A DNA stretch of 62,444 nt, from positions 1 through 62,444 of the IMG/VR virus record IMGVR_UViG_3300043640_000318. One strand, given 5' to 3'. Shown here piece by piece: positions 17,615-26,807 of this stretch. The translations under genes were made by a program, and so were the position numbers. Every line of letters begins with the position of its first letter. Positions within the stretch are counted from its first letter, which is position 1. The stretch comes from a virus (taxonomy: Duplodnaviria; Caudoviricetes). The notes beneath the pieces were generated by a model, which saw only the letters and a list, made by a program, of their open reading frames with translations, did no database searches and had not been told where the DNA came from.

Positions 17615-18937
17615 TCAGGTCGTCACCGGCACGTCGAAGATCCCGGCCGAGTCCACATAGAACTTGTCGGTGCTGGCTCCGCCTGTCGGCACTCCGACTC
17701 GAAGCGCCACAGTAACAGTGAGCGCCGGAGCGACCGCCCGGACGTCCACGGTCTGCCAGATGTCATCGACGATCGTCCGAATGGGCCCGGCGTAGGCACT
17801 GCCGATGAGTGCCACCGAGACGTCGTAGAACAGCAGCCACGCCTCCAGGGTGGTGGCGCTGCCGTCGGCGGCGTGGCGGAACGTCCATGCCTTGCCGACG
17901 TAGGTGTCCCCCGCGACGGCGGCCACCTTCAGCGACTGGCCATAACTGGGCCCGGCGCCGGACTGGGTGACCCTCATCGAGGTGCTGCCCTCGAAGGCGA
18001 AGGTCGCCGAGTTCGCCAGAGCCGCAGTGGTCCCGGCCCAGGAGCCGTTGGAACCCTCGAAGTCGTCGTCATGGCTGCCGGTGGTGAGCAGGTTCACGGC
18101 GCCCAGCGGGTAGTGGTAGCGCGTCGCGAGTACCCCGTCGTCCCGGACGAAGAACCGGTACTTGACCCCGTTCGGGGACTTCATGGTCGCGAAATTCGGC
18201 ACGTCCACGTAATCGGTCGTGGTGCCGAGCCGGATCTGGTTGGCCTCGGTGGTGCCAGCCTCAGAACCGAGAGCCGTGGCATGAGCGTGAGCGGCGGAGC
18301 TACTGGACCCCAGGGCGGTCGCCCGGGTGGAGGTCGCCAGAGCGGACGCCCCCAGTGCGCTGGCATTGGTCGCAGAAGCCGCTGATTCGGTCCCTACGGC
18401 CGTGGCGGCGCTTGCCGAGGAGTCACTGCCGGTCCCGACCGCCAGAGTGTCCAGGACGCTCGCTGTGGCCCCTGATCCCACCGCCACGGAGTTGTTTCCG
18501 GTCGCTGCGGCGCCGTGCCCGGCGGAAGTGGCCTCATCCCCCGCTGCGGAGGCACTGTTGCCGAAGGTCACCGCCCCGGAGCCCGCAGAGGACGAGGAGG
18601 CGCCGACGGCGGTCGAGTCGGTCCCCAGGCCCGCGTGGGTCTGGTCGATGCTCGTGGCGGCGTTCAGGTCGATGTCGACGTCGGCGTAGATCACCTCGGA
18701 GTTGCCGGGCGCGGTGATCCCCAGGTCCACCCTCTGGCTGGTGCCGACGTAGATGTTGATCACGCCGTCCTCGGTGATGAACGGGTTCGTCATCGAGGAG
18801 ACGGTGTCGTTGTCGGGGTAGATGGGGTCGGCGATCAGCGTGGTGGTGCCGGGCTGGAGCACCCGGACCGTGCTTTCGGGCAGCAGGTTGCCCAGACCGT
18901 CCTGGACGAGGGCCCGGTAATGAGCACGCAAGGTCAC
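17615..18937 (-). CDS. tail fibre with YadA-head-like repeats and C-terminal carbohydrate-binding-like domain
   Basis: About 14-aa repeats (STAVG, SVAVG, ATAVG, ATALG) followed by FEG..GSW beta-sandwich. Confidence 0.7.
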   Translation of the reverse strand: MTLRAHYRALVQDGLGNLLPESTVRVLQPGTTTLIADPIYPDNDTVSSMTNPFITEDGVINIYVGTSQRVDLGITAPGNSEVIYADVDIDLNAATSIDQTHAGLGTDSTAVGASSSSAGSGAVTFGNSASAAGDEATSAGHGAAATGNNSVAVGSGATASVLDTLAVGTGSDSSASAATAVGTESAASATNASALGASALATSTRATALGSSSSAAHAHATALGSEAGTTEANQIRLGTTTDYVDVPNFATMKSPNGVKYRFFVRDDGVLATRYHYPLGAVNLLTTGSHDDDFEGSNGSWAGTTAALANSATFAFEGSTSMRVTQSGAGPSYGQSLKVAAVAGDTYVGKAWTFRHAADGSATTLEAWLLFYDVSVALIGSAYAGPIRTIVDDIWQTVDVRAVAPALTVTVALRVGVPTGGASTDKFYVDSAGIFDVPVTT

Positions 18938-18945
18938 GATGACTC

Positions 18946-21900
18946 CTAGTAAGTGTTATTACCGATTTCATCGGTATAGACGTCGCCGCCGCCTTCGACG
19001 CCGTAATGACCCGGGTAGCCGTCCGAGTAGAGGTCCTCGTAGATCTCCGGCCCGACATCGGGGATGGCCGCCGCTGCTGCCACCAGAGCGTGCTCGTTGA
19101 GCCAGACGTCCGTTGCCGGAGTGGTGATGACGATGGGCGGGGCCAGCACGCCGCTGAGGGCGAACAGCTGCCGGTAACGGAACCACCAGTCCTGCGGGAT
19201 CGGCTCATGCCAGGCCTGCCAGCGAGGATCGTCCGCGACCTTCGGGAAATGGTCGGTGGGGTTCAGGTTGGGGCCGCCGGAGACCCCCGGCTCCCGGCAG
19301 GGGATCCCGAGGTTCAGTGATCCATACCAGGGCCTGATGGCCACGGCCGACAGATGCAGGCCCGGCCGGTAGCCCGTGGCCCTCCACACCAGTCCGCGCC
19401 CGGCCGAGGGGGCCGCACTGGCACTGACCGGGAAGATGAACACCCCGTGAGGATCGTTGCGGATGTCGTAGACCGGCCAGAAGGTCGTGCCTCCGTCGTT
19501 GCTGAACTCCCAGACGATCGCGTCCTCGAACAGGCTGAGGTTGTCGATGAACCACTCGTCGCTGGTGTTGCCCCTCTGGATGAGTCGGACCGAGAGCTCT
19601 CCGTCGAGAGGAACGATCGTGAAGTCGAGAGCGTCCCAGGTGCCCTCTCCCTCGATGTCGTTCCAGTCTCCCAGGGCCTCGATGTCATCCCAGGTGGAGA
19701 GCTCCGGCTCGTCCCCCTCGCCGATGGTGTAGCCGACGAACCACTCGGTGACCTCGCCGCCGGAGACGTCCTGCTCGGCCTCGGCCACCACCCCGCCGAG
19801 CTGATCGACGATCTGGAGGATCAGGGGCTGGGTCAGGGCCGTGGCGGCGTAGACCCGGGCGGCGGCGTAGATGCGCCCGGCCGCCGTGGTGGAGACGGAG
19901 GTGGAGTAGGAGATGCCGCCGACGGCCGCATCCCCTGAGATGCCCTCCAGGTCGTCCCAGGTCGGCAGGTGAGGATCGCTGTTGGATCCCTCCAGGGCGT
20001 CCCAGGTGGGGAACATGGTCTGGAAGGTGTCCCAGTAGCGCCCGTTGTTGCGCCGGGTGATCTGGACCGTCGAGCCGATCGAGCTGTTGAACTCGTCAGA
20101 GAGTGCCAGCGGGGCGGCGTCGCCGAAGACCTCCCAGGCCCGGAAGAGCGGGTCTTGGAAGTCGGGATCGAACAACAGCTGGATCGCGTCGGACTGCTGG
20201 GTGGCCAGCTGGATTCCCCGGACCTGCCGCTTCGAGGAGAACACCACGCTGGTGGCGGTCACCGGGTTGCTCAGGCTGTGCGGGGTCCTCAGCATGCCGG
20301 TGGTGAAGTCCCAGGTCGTGATGGGATCGGCCGGGACGTTCAGGTGGAGCCGGTCACCGAAGAGCTCCAGGTACATCTCGGTGTCGTCGTTGTTGGCGTA
20401 GTCGACCCGGAACATCTCCATCTTGGCGATCGAGACGAAGTAGGCGACCCGGGAGGTGTGCAGGACCTCGACCGTCTCGTAGAAGTGCTGCTGCACCCCG
20501 GTGAAGCGGGGGATCGCCGTCGGCGACTGCCACGGCTGGAACTGATACATACCACCGAACTGCAAGAGCCGCTGGGCCGTGACGGGATCGGTGGCGTGCA
20601 AGGCCTCGGTCGGCAGAGCGGCCTGCTGGCTGGTCGGCTGAATGCCGCTCTGAGAGACCGTGTCGGCGTAGGTGATGAGCGGGGCGGTGTCCGTGGTCAC
20701 CTGGCTGCCCACAGAGCCCGTGGGGACGGATGAGGCCGCTGCCGGGGCCGCCGCAGCGACCACCTGGGCGGGCCACATCTGCACCTTGCGGCTGACCGGC
20801 GTGTAGAGGTCGTAGGGCATCGGCGCCAGCTGGCTGAACTCGAACTTGAAGCAGCTGGCCACGACCGGGTCGAACTTCAGGCTGCCCTTGCGCAAGATGA
20901 AGTCCCGGCTGATCGGAGTCCAGGCCACGTCCTCGTAGACCGCTCCGGGGCCGCCGACGAAGCCGAAGGGGTTCAGCCCGCTGTTGGCCGTGGTCCCCAG
21001 GGTGAAGGAGACGTCGAAACGGAGCAGGGCGTTGTCGGTGGAGCCGTCGTCGTCCACGGCGTACTGAGGCTTCTGGACGTAGTCAGAGGCGTCGGTGACG
21101 AAGGCCACGACCCCCGCTGGGATCCCGCTGCCATCGAGTACCGACCCGAAGGACGCCGTCTCCTGCTTGAGGACCAGCGTCCTCAGGGTGAACGCCCCGG
21201 TGGCGATCATGTCCTCTGTCGCCACTCCGGACTCGGCGCCGAGCCGCAGAGCCGAGGAGGAGGAATGGCTCAGATCCGCATTGGAGATGATCGTCCCGAT
21301 TTCGGGGATAAAGAAATATATATTAGTAGCGTCGTAGGAGACGACGAAGTACAGGCGCTCGTTGTACGAGAAGTCGAACTGCTGCTGCTTGATACTTCCG
21401 GTGCCCTCAAGGGTCAGCTGCCAGGTCTGGTCCCGCCAAGCCAGCTGAAGGGGTCCAGAGTCGAAGACGATATGGTCATCGGTATCCGTACTGTCGAACT
21501 GAGGCAGTATCTCCAGGCCTATCCAGAACGGCCGGTCCATCCGCCATTGGAAGCCTTGATTGTCAATGTCTAGATAAGAGATCTCGTCGGGGAATTTGAG
21601 TCCGTCGTTGATGACGATCGGGTCGGATACTCCGGCCGTCCGGGTGAAAGGGAATCCCAGGGGAGTGTCGACGGCGCCGAACGTGGTGGTGTCCGGCGGG
21701 GTCGAGGAGTAGTAGAGGTTGAACCGCACTCCCGAGGTGACCGGGGTCAGATCGAAGCTGTCGATGACCTGAGGAGCTCCGGCCGAATCCCGGGAGTCGA
21801 CGTAGAGGTTCACCACGGCGTAGTTGAACGGCTGTGGCCCCGACTTCCAGACCCGGTCGTTCACCAGGTCGCTGGCCCGGTTCTCGCGCATGCTCAGCTC

Positions 21901-22584
21901 GACCGGTGAGCCCAGGATGTCGGTGACGGTCGTGAAGGACTCACGCTCGGTGATGATGTCCGGCTTGCGGTTGGTGAGCGGGACATCCTCCTTATTCCTG
22001 ACGCGATAGCCGAAGTCGAGGTTACGGATGCCCAGGCTGTAGGGCGCGGGCTTACCCGCCGGAGTGACCGGCCCGCCCTGCGTCGAGCCGAACAGCCGGG
22101 TGCCCTGGAAACGGATCTTCGATGCGGTGAAGGGGCGGGTGTCGGCGTCGAAGTGGACCCAGTGATCCGCTCCGTAGTGGCTGGGGTGCATGTGCTGCTG
22201 GAGTGCGGCGGCGGCGCCGACCACGTGGGGGACAGACCCGTCGATGTAGAAACGGATGTCGTATCCGTTATCTCCGAGAATGGCCTTCCAGGTCTTTGTG
22301 GCCGCGTCCCAGTAGTGAATGTAGAAATGGTGCGGGAATTTCGGAAGGTCCAGTGAAACGTAGTTCATGAGCTTTGGCTTGGTCAGCGTCACGACGAGGT
22401 TCTCGGCCGCCGTGGTGTTGAGCAGACGTGGGGGAGAAGCCCAGAACCGGCTGTCGGAGGTGGAGGTCTGCCCGACGGAGCGCTGGGTGGCCAGACCATC
22501 GGACAGCGATGCGAGCGGGACACCTTCCGCGTACAGCGCCGAGACGGACGGGATACCGAAGTCACCAGGAAGCACGTCGACCAT
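18946..22584 (-). CDS. large baseplate/minor tail protein
   Basis: 1212 aa downstream of baseplate J; beta-rich with TWDD/TWDA repeats. Confidence 0.75.
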   Translation of the reverse strand: MVDVLPGDFGIPSVSALYAEGVPLASLSDGLATQRSVGQTSTSDSRFWASPPRLLNTTAAENLVVTLTKPKLMNYVSLDLPKFPHHFYIHYWDAATKTWKAILGDNGYDIRFYIDGSVPHVVGAAAALQQHMHPSHYGADHWVHFDADTRPFTASKIRFQGTRLFGSTQGGPVTPAGKPAPYSLGIRNLDFGYRVRNKEDVPLTNRKPDIITERESFTTVTDILGSPVELSMRENRASDLVNDRVWKSGPQPFNYAVVNLYVDSRDSAGAPQVIDSFDLTPVTSGVRFNLYYSSTPPDTTTFGAVDTPLGFPFTRTAGVSDPIVINDGLKFPDEISYLDIDNQGFQWRMDRPFWIGLEILPQFDSTDTDDHIVFDSGPLQLAWRDQTWQLTLEGTGSIKQQQFDFSYNERLYFVVSYDATNIYFFIPEIGTIISNADLSHSSSSALRLGAESGVATEDMIATGAFTLRTLVLKQETASFGSVLDGSGIPAGVVAFVTDASDYVQKPQYAVDDDGSTDNALLRFDVSFTLGTTANSGLNPFGFVGGPGAVYEDVAWTPISRDFILRKGSLKFDPVVASCFKFEFSQLAPMPYDLYTPVSRKVQMWPAQVVAAAAPAAASSVPTGSVGSQVTTDTAPLITYADTVSQSGIQPTSQQAALPTEALHATDPVTAQRLLQFGGMYQFQPWQSPTAIPRFTGVQQHFYETVEVLHTSRVAYFVSIAKMEMFRVDYANNDDTEMYLELFGDRLHLNVPADPITTWDFTTGMLRTPHSLSNPVTATSVVFSSKRQVRGIQLATQQSDAIQLLFDPDFQDPLFRAWEVFGDAAPLALSDEFNSSIGSTVQITRRNNGRYWDTFQTMFPTWDALEGSNSDPHLPTWDDLEGISGDAAVGGISYSTSVSTTAAGRIYAAARVYAATALTQPLILQIVDQLGGVVAEAEQDVSGGEVTEWFVGYTIGEGDEPELSTWDDIEALGDWNDIEGEGTWDALDFTIVPLDGELSVRLIQRGNTSDEWFIDNLSLFEDAIVWEFSNDGGTTFWPVYDIRNDPHGVFIFPVSASAAPSAGRGLVWRATGYRPGLHLSAVAIRPWYGSLNLGIPCREPGVSGGPNLNPTDHFPKVADDPRWQAWHEPIPQDWWFRYRQLFALSGVLAPPIVITTPATDVWLNEHALVAAAAAIPDVGPEIYEDLYSDGYPGHYGVEGGGDVYTDEIGNNTY

Positions 22585-22595
22585 CGAGCAGCCCT

Positions 22596-23873
22596 TCAGC
22601 CGTGGGTGGGAACGGTCTTGCGAGGACCGGAATAGGGCGCCGCGACGGTTACGCCTTCACTGGCCACCCGGCCTGCGGCAGCCGTCTTCGGGTCGATCGT
22701 CGCAAATGTGGGCAAGTACGTTTTAGTGGTCTTATCCGGGAAGTGAACGACATCGTAGTCTTTGTTGTTGTTGCCAGACGATGCAACGGCGCCGACGACG
22801 TCTCCGACATAACTCCACTGCTGTCCTTGCGCCGAAGTGAATGCGGGGCGAGGCTGAGCCGAGTCGATGCCCTGAGGATTCGCCCGCCCGTCATAGGCGG
22901 GAACGATCGTGTTGTACCACTTCTTCACAACCGGCTTCGGAATGGCCTTTGAGCTGATCTCCCAATACTCCGAGTCCGCCGTGATCGCGGAGATCGGCGC
23001 CTTACGGTGCAGCGCCACACCCTCGGTGTTGACCGTGATGATGGTGTCGGCGGGCTTGAGGACATCGAGGACCCGCAGGATCCCCCAGGTGTCCTCCGCG
23101 AGCTGACGCTGACCCTCCACCGAGGAGTCGTAGACCTTCTTCGGCCGGATGACCACCTCGTTGCGCAGGTCGAGCCCGAGGTTGCCGTAGATGACGCTGC
23201 CCTCGATGTCGTCCCAGAGGGTGCCGTCGATGTCTCCCCAGGTGGCGAATCCGGCCTCGACGTCCGCCCAGGTGGTGGCGTCGATCGAGGCGCCCTGCCA
23301 GTCGAGCAGGGCCCAGGTCTCATAGACGTCGCACTCGACGTCCGTGAGGGCCTCCGCCATCGCCTGGAGACCCTGCGGGGTACCTCCCAGGGTGATGGCC
23401 AGCGCGAGCTTGACGATCCTCTCCCGGAAGATCGCGTCGGTGGCGTCGACCTCGTCCCAGCCGTCGGAGCTCGCCGTGCCCAGGTAGGGGTCCATCGGCA
23501 GAGAGCCGGACAGGCCTCGCTGAGCTCCGAACAGGGCGCCGTAGAAGCGGTCGATGTCGTAGAAGTGCGTGCTCGTCAGCACGGCCTGGAGCCGCACGAT
23601 CAGCTGCCTCTTACGGAGCTGCCCGGCCCCGGCGTCCCCCAGCAATGTCTTGAGGAAGCGCACCAGGTGGCTGGAGTCGGAGAGGTCGTAGATCTCTTCC
23701 GGGAAGTGGTTCAGGCGCGTCGAGGAGGAAGCGCTGGGAGACAGCAGGCCGGTGGCGGTGCTGAGATCGGCCGGGAGCGGCTGGCTGGCGACCGTCTGGA
23801 GCTGGAGCAGCGAGGTGCTCGGAGTGTCGGGATAGTCGAAGATCGTAGTCGACTGATTAACAATATCTGGCAT
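22596..23873 (-). CDS. baseplate wedge protein (tail I-like position)
   Basis: Follows baseplate J; FRERI...AITLGGT..GL and LKPADT motifs. Confidence 0.7.
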   Translation of the reverse strand: MPDIVNQSTTIFDYPDTPSTSLLQLQTVASQPLPADLSTATGLLSPSASSSTRLNHFPEEIYDLSDSSHLVRFLKTLLGDAGAGQLRKRQLIVRLQAVLTSTHFYDIDRFYGALFGAQRGLSGSLPMDPYLGTASSDGWDEVDATDAIFRERIVKLALAITLGGTPQGLQAMAEALTDVECDVYETWALLDWQGASIDATTWADVEAGFATWGDIDGTLWDDIEGSVIYGNLGLDLRNEVVIRPKKVYDSSVEGQRQLAEDTWGILRVLDVLKPADTIITVNTEGVALHRKAPISAITADSEYWEISSKAIPKPVVKKWYNTIVPAYDGRANPQGIDSAQPRPAFTSAQGQQWSYVGDVVGAVASSGNNNKDYDVVHFPDKTTKTYLPTFATIDPKTAAAGRVASEGVTVAAPYSGPRKTVPTHG

Positions 23874-25691
23874 TTAGGGCGTCCAGCTGTTCTCGGCCTT
23901 GATTACCTGAACGGACAGTCCGAATGCGGGCACCTGCATGTCATCGAGAATGACGTCTTTCGCATATCCGTTGGTGTCCACGTAAGAAGCGACAACAGTT
24001 GATCCGATGATCTGCTGGATACCTACGGTGTAGTTGTTCGGAGATCCGCTGTCCCATCCAGATATGTCAGTTCCATGGAGGAACCGGACCGCGTCCACTC
24101 CGGGAACGTTGTGGACCACCTGGAGAATGTCCGACGCCTGCACCACGGCGTTGAATCCGAGCTTGCCCAGGAAATCCGCCAGGGCGACGTCGACGGCGGT
24201 CGAGGTCAGCGTCCGGTCGATCTTGTAGTCATAGATGACCGCGAGGTTGAACTTCAGGAAGATCTGCTTGGCCTGGTGGGCCTTGGCGTCACTCCCGGCC
24301 AGGCGCCAGGCGTCGATGTCCTGCTGCACCGCCCAGGGCACGTCGTTGTAGGTGTAGTCCGAGACGATCGAGAAGGCGGAGTTCAGCGTCGGCTGGTGAG
24401 CGGCGTCCCACTCCAGCCCGAAGCGAGAGTTGGTGTGCCAGCCGTTCGCGTTGTCCTCATGGACGATCTGGTAGGCGTAGGTGATCGATCCCGAGGTGGT
24501 ACCCATGGCATGTGCCGGGGTGGCCAGGCCGTAGGTGGTGGCGCCGATGACGATCGTCGAGGGCAGGGTGACGATCGGCCCGAACGCCAGCGGGATGAAG
24601 ACGTTGGCGGCGACCGGGCGAGTCCCGTCCGGACGAATATAATTATTCTTGTAGTAGATGCTGGTCGAGGTGTTCGAGAACGTCGCGGTGTTCTTAAAGA
24701 TCAGCGACTGGCTGGCATCGATCGCCCGGGTGCCCGCGCACCAGACATCGATCCTGTTGGCGATGGCATTGACCGGATCATTGCGGCTGGCCGTGGGAAC
24801 GTAGCCGAAGTCCAGGTCGATCAACGTGCCGTCGGGGAAGGTGGCGGTATCGATGATGACGACCTGGGGCGGGTTGTCAGTGGTGTCCCAGGTGTAGTGG
24901 ATCCCCGGCACCGCGACGTCGCCGGTATCGATGTTCAGGCCCATCATCTGAGTGCCGTTGTAGACGTACTTGGCGTCCGCCACGGTGGAGATGGCCACTC
25001 CGGAGACGATCTGAAGCTGCTCGCGGCGCCGCTTGGCCGAGCCGACCACATTGGCCGAGGTGCAGTCGGGATCGTTGACGGCCACCCCGAGGAACATCGA
25101 CTCGGTCCCGGCCATGTTGCGGAAGACGGTCTTCTTCCAGCGGTCCCGCAGCTGGTCGTCGGTCTCCTGGAAGCTGCCGCCGGTGAGGGTCGCCGCGTTC
25201 GTCACAGCGGTGATGCCGGTGAGAGGGGTGGCGATGGCCACCAGCGTCCCGGCCGGTAGGTCTCCGTCCGGCCCGGCCACCAGAGCCTGCACGGGCACGG
25301 TGACACTGAGCTGGCCGATCTCCATGATGCCCGTGGTGATGGTGAGCACCGAGACCATCGGGTCGGTGTTGCTGTTGACCTGGGTGTTGATGGGGACGAC
25401 GGTGAAGGTTGTGCTGGCGGCACGGCTGAAGGTCACCGTTCCTGTCGCGCGCCGGGCGGGGTAGCGGGCCATCCCGAAGAGCTGGACGAAGGCGTCCAGA
25501 TCAGCGTCCGTCTTGCTGTCGATATCGTACTGATAGGTCAGTATGTGGTTATCGACGTAAGCCTCGGAGACCACCTCTGCGGTGACATCGAGGATCTTGC
25601 GGGTGACCGTACCGGTCGAGGTGTCCAGATCAGGATCGGAGACGTTGAGCATCTGCCGCATCTGGCTGACGATGTCGCTTTGGCTGGCCAT
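23874..25691 (-). CDS. baseplate J-like protein
   Basis: RYPARRATGTVTFSR, VTN...TGGSFQETDDQLRDR, DILQVVHNVPGVD. Confidence 0.9.
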   Translation of the reverse strand: MASQSDIVSQMRQMLNVSDPDLDTSTGTVTRKILDVTAEVVSEAYVDNHILTYQYDIDSKTDADLDAFVQLFGMARYPARRATGTVTFSRAASTTFTVVPINTQVNSNTDPMVSVLTITTGIMEIGQLSVTVPVQALVAGPDGDLPAGTLVAIATPLTGITAVTNAATLTGGSFQETDDQLRDRWKKTVFRNMAGTESMFLGVAVNDPDCTSANVVGSAKRRREQLQIVSGVAISTVADAKYVYNGTQMMGLNIDTGDVAVPGIHYTWDTTDNPPQVVIIDTATFPDGTLIDLDFGYVPTASRNDPVNAIANRIDVWCAGTRAIDASQSLIFKNTATFSNTSTSIYYKNNYIRPDGTRPVAANVFIPLAFGPIVTLPSTIVIGATTYGLATPAHAMGTTSGSITYAYQIVHEDNANGWHTNSRFGLEWDAAHQPTLNSAFSIVSDYTYNDVPWAVQQDIDAWRLAGSDAKAHQAKQIFLKFNLAVIYDYKIDRTLTSTAVDVALADFLGKLGFNAVVQASDILQVVHNVPGVDAVRFLHGTDISGWDSGSPNNYTVGIQQIIGSTVVASYVDTNGYAKDVILDDMQVPAFGLSVQVIKAENSWTP

Positions 25692-25692
25692 C

Positions 25693-26121
25693 TCAGATGC
25701 TCACCGTCCGGGTAAGAGTGACCTGCTGCTGGGAGCGGGTGGTCAAGGAGACCGCCACCCTGATGGTGTCGGCGTTCACCGTGGCGGTGATGGCGGTGAC
25801 CTGGGAGATCACGTCGTCGGTCGTGTACCGGCTGCGCACCCCTCCCAGAGAGTCGGCGACCACCTCGTCCTGCTGGATCGCGATGTACTGCGCGATGACT
25901 CTGGCCACCTCCGCACGGACCATCATCTCCAGGTCAGGGGTGAGAGGAGTGCCGACGTAGTTGGGCAGCACCGAACCCCAGGTGGGGTGGAACCGGTCAT
26001 TGCCGTAGGGCTCACCGAGAGCCAGCGCGAGGTCCTGCCGGATCTTGGGAGTGCCGGTGATCGTCTGATGACCGGCCGGGCCCACGACGAGATCGCCGCC
26101 GCGCAAAGCCAGTGTCTTCAT
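25693..26121 (-). CDS. gp25/gpW-like baseplate wedge subunit
   Basis: KIRQDLALALGEPYGNDRFHPTWGS; position upstream of J. Confidence 0.8.
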   Translation of the reverse strand: MKTLALRGGDLVVGPAGHQTITGTPKIRQDLALALGEPYGNDRFHPTWGSVLPNYVGTPLTPDLEMMVRAEVARVIAQYIAIQQDEVVADSLGGVRSRYTTDDVISQVTAITATVNADTIRVAVSLTTRSQQQVTLTRTVSI

Positions 26122-26171
26122 GCCCCATCACCCCTTCTCCTCTTCTTCGTCCGCCCGCCGTCCCCGACAGT

Positions 26172-26807
26172 TCAGTCCGTGGAGAAGGAGATGACGTCGA
26201 GACCCACCCAACCCGGCCTGGTCGCGCCCGAGCCTGGAGCGATGGGGTTGATCAGCCTCACCTCTCCATTGGCGAACACGCTGAGCTGAGCGTCGTAGGG
26301 GTTGGTCAAGGTCTGCTGGATCGACGGGCGGAAATTGGCGTTCACCGGCGGCCAGTAGCCAACCGGCAAGGTGAAAATGACCGAGTTGGTGACCCAGCCT
26401 CCTGAGGCGGGGACCACCATTCCTCGTACGTTCACGAGGTTGTCAGGACTGATGCGGTATTGCGCCGGGCCCCATCCGGCCGTGGCCGTGTAGGTGCTCC
26501 AGTTCGCGGTGTAAGTAGCGTCGTGCCACTCATCACGGATGACCTCGAACTGGTCGAGCGAGCTGCCGACGAAGGCCGCCAGGGACCAGAAGCCCAGCGT
26601 CTGATCCGCCAGCCAGACCTCCCCGACTTTCGGGATCCGGCCCTTGGCCCGCTGGAGAAACAGCGACATGGACAGCTGGGTCCGCTGCTGGCGGTCCACC
26701 GACATCACGCGGTTCTGTGCGATGTCGACCTCGGTGATGTCCACGACCTTGATATTGAAGCCGAGGGAATTGGTCAGTGGTGCCACGGATGCGGCGGCGG
26801 CCCCCAT
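26172..26807 (-). CDS. baseplate spike/minor tail protein with receptor-binding-like C-terminus
   Basis: IPKVGEVW N-part; QYRI...VNVRG...IFTLPVGYWP C-part. Confidence 0.6.
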   Translation of the reverse strand: MGAAAASVAPLTNSLGFNIKVVDITEVDIAQNRVMSVDRQQRTQLSMSLFLQRAKGRIPKVGEVWLADQTLGFWSLAAFVGSSLDQFEVIRDEWHDATYTANWSTYTATAGWGPAQYRISPDNLVNVRGMVVPASGGWVTNSVIFTLPVGYWPPVNANFRPSIQQTLTNPYDAQLSVFANGEVRLINPIAPGSGATRPGWVGLDVISFSTD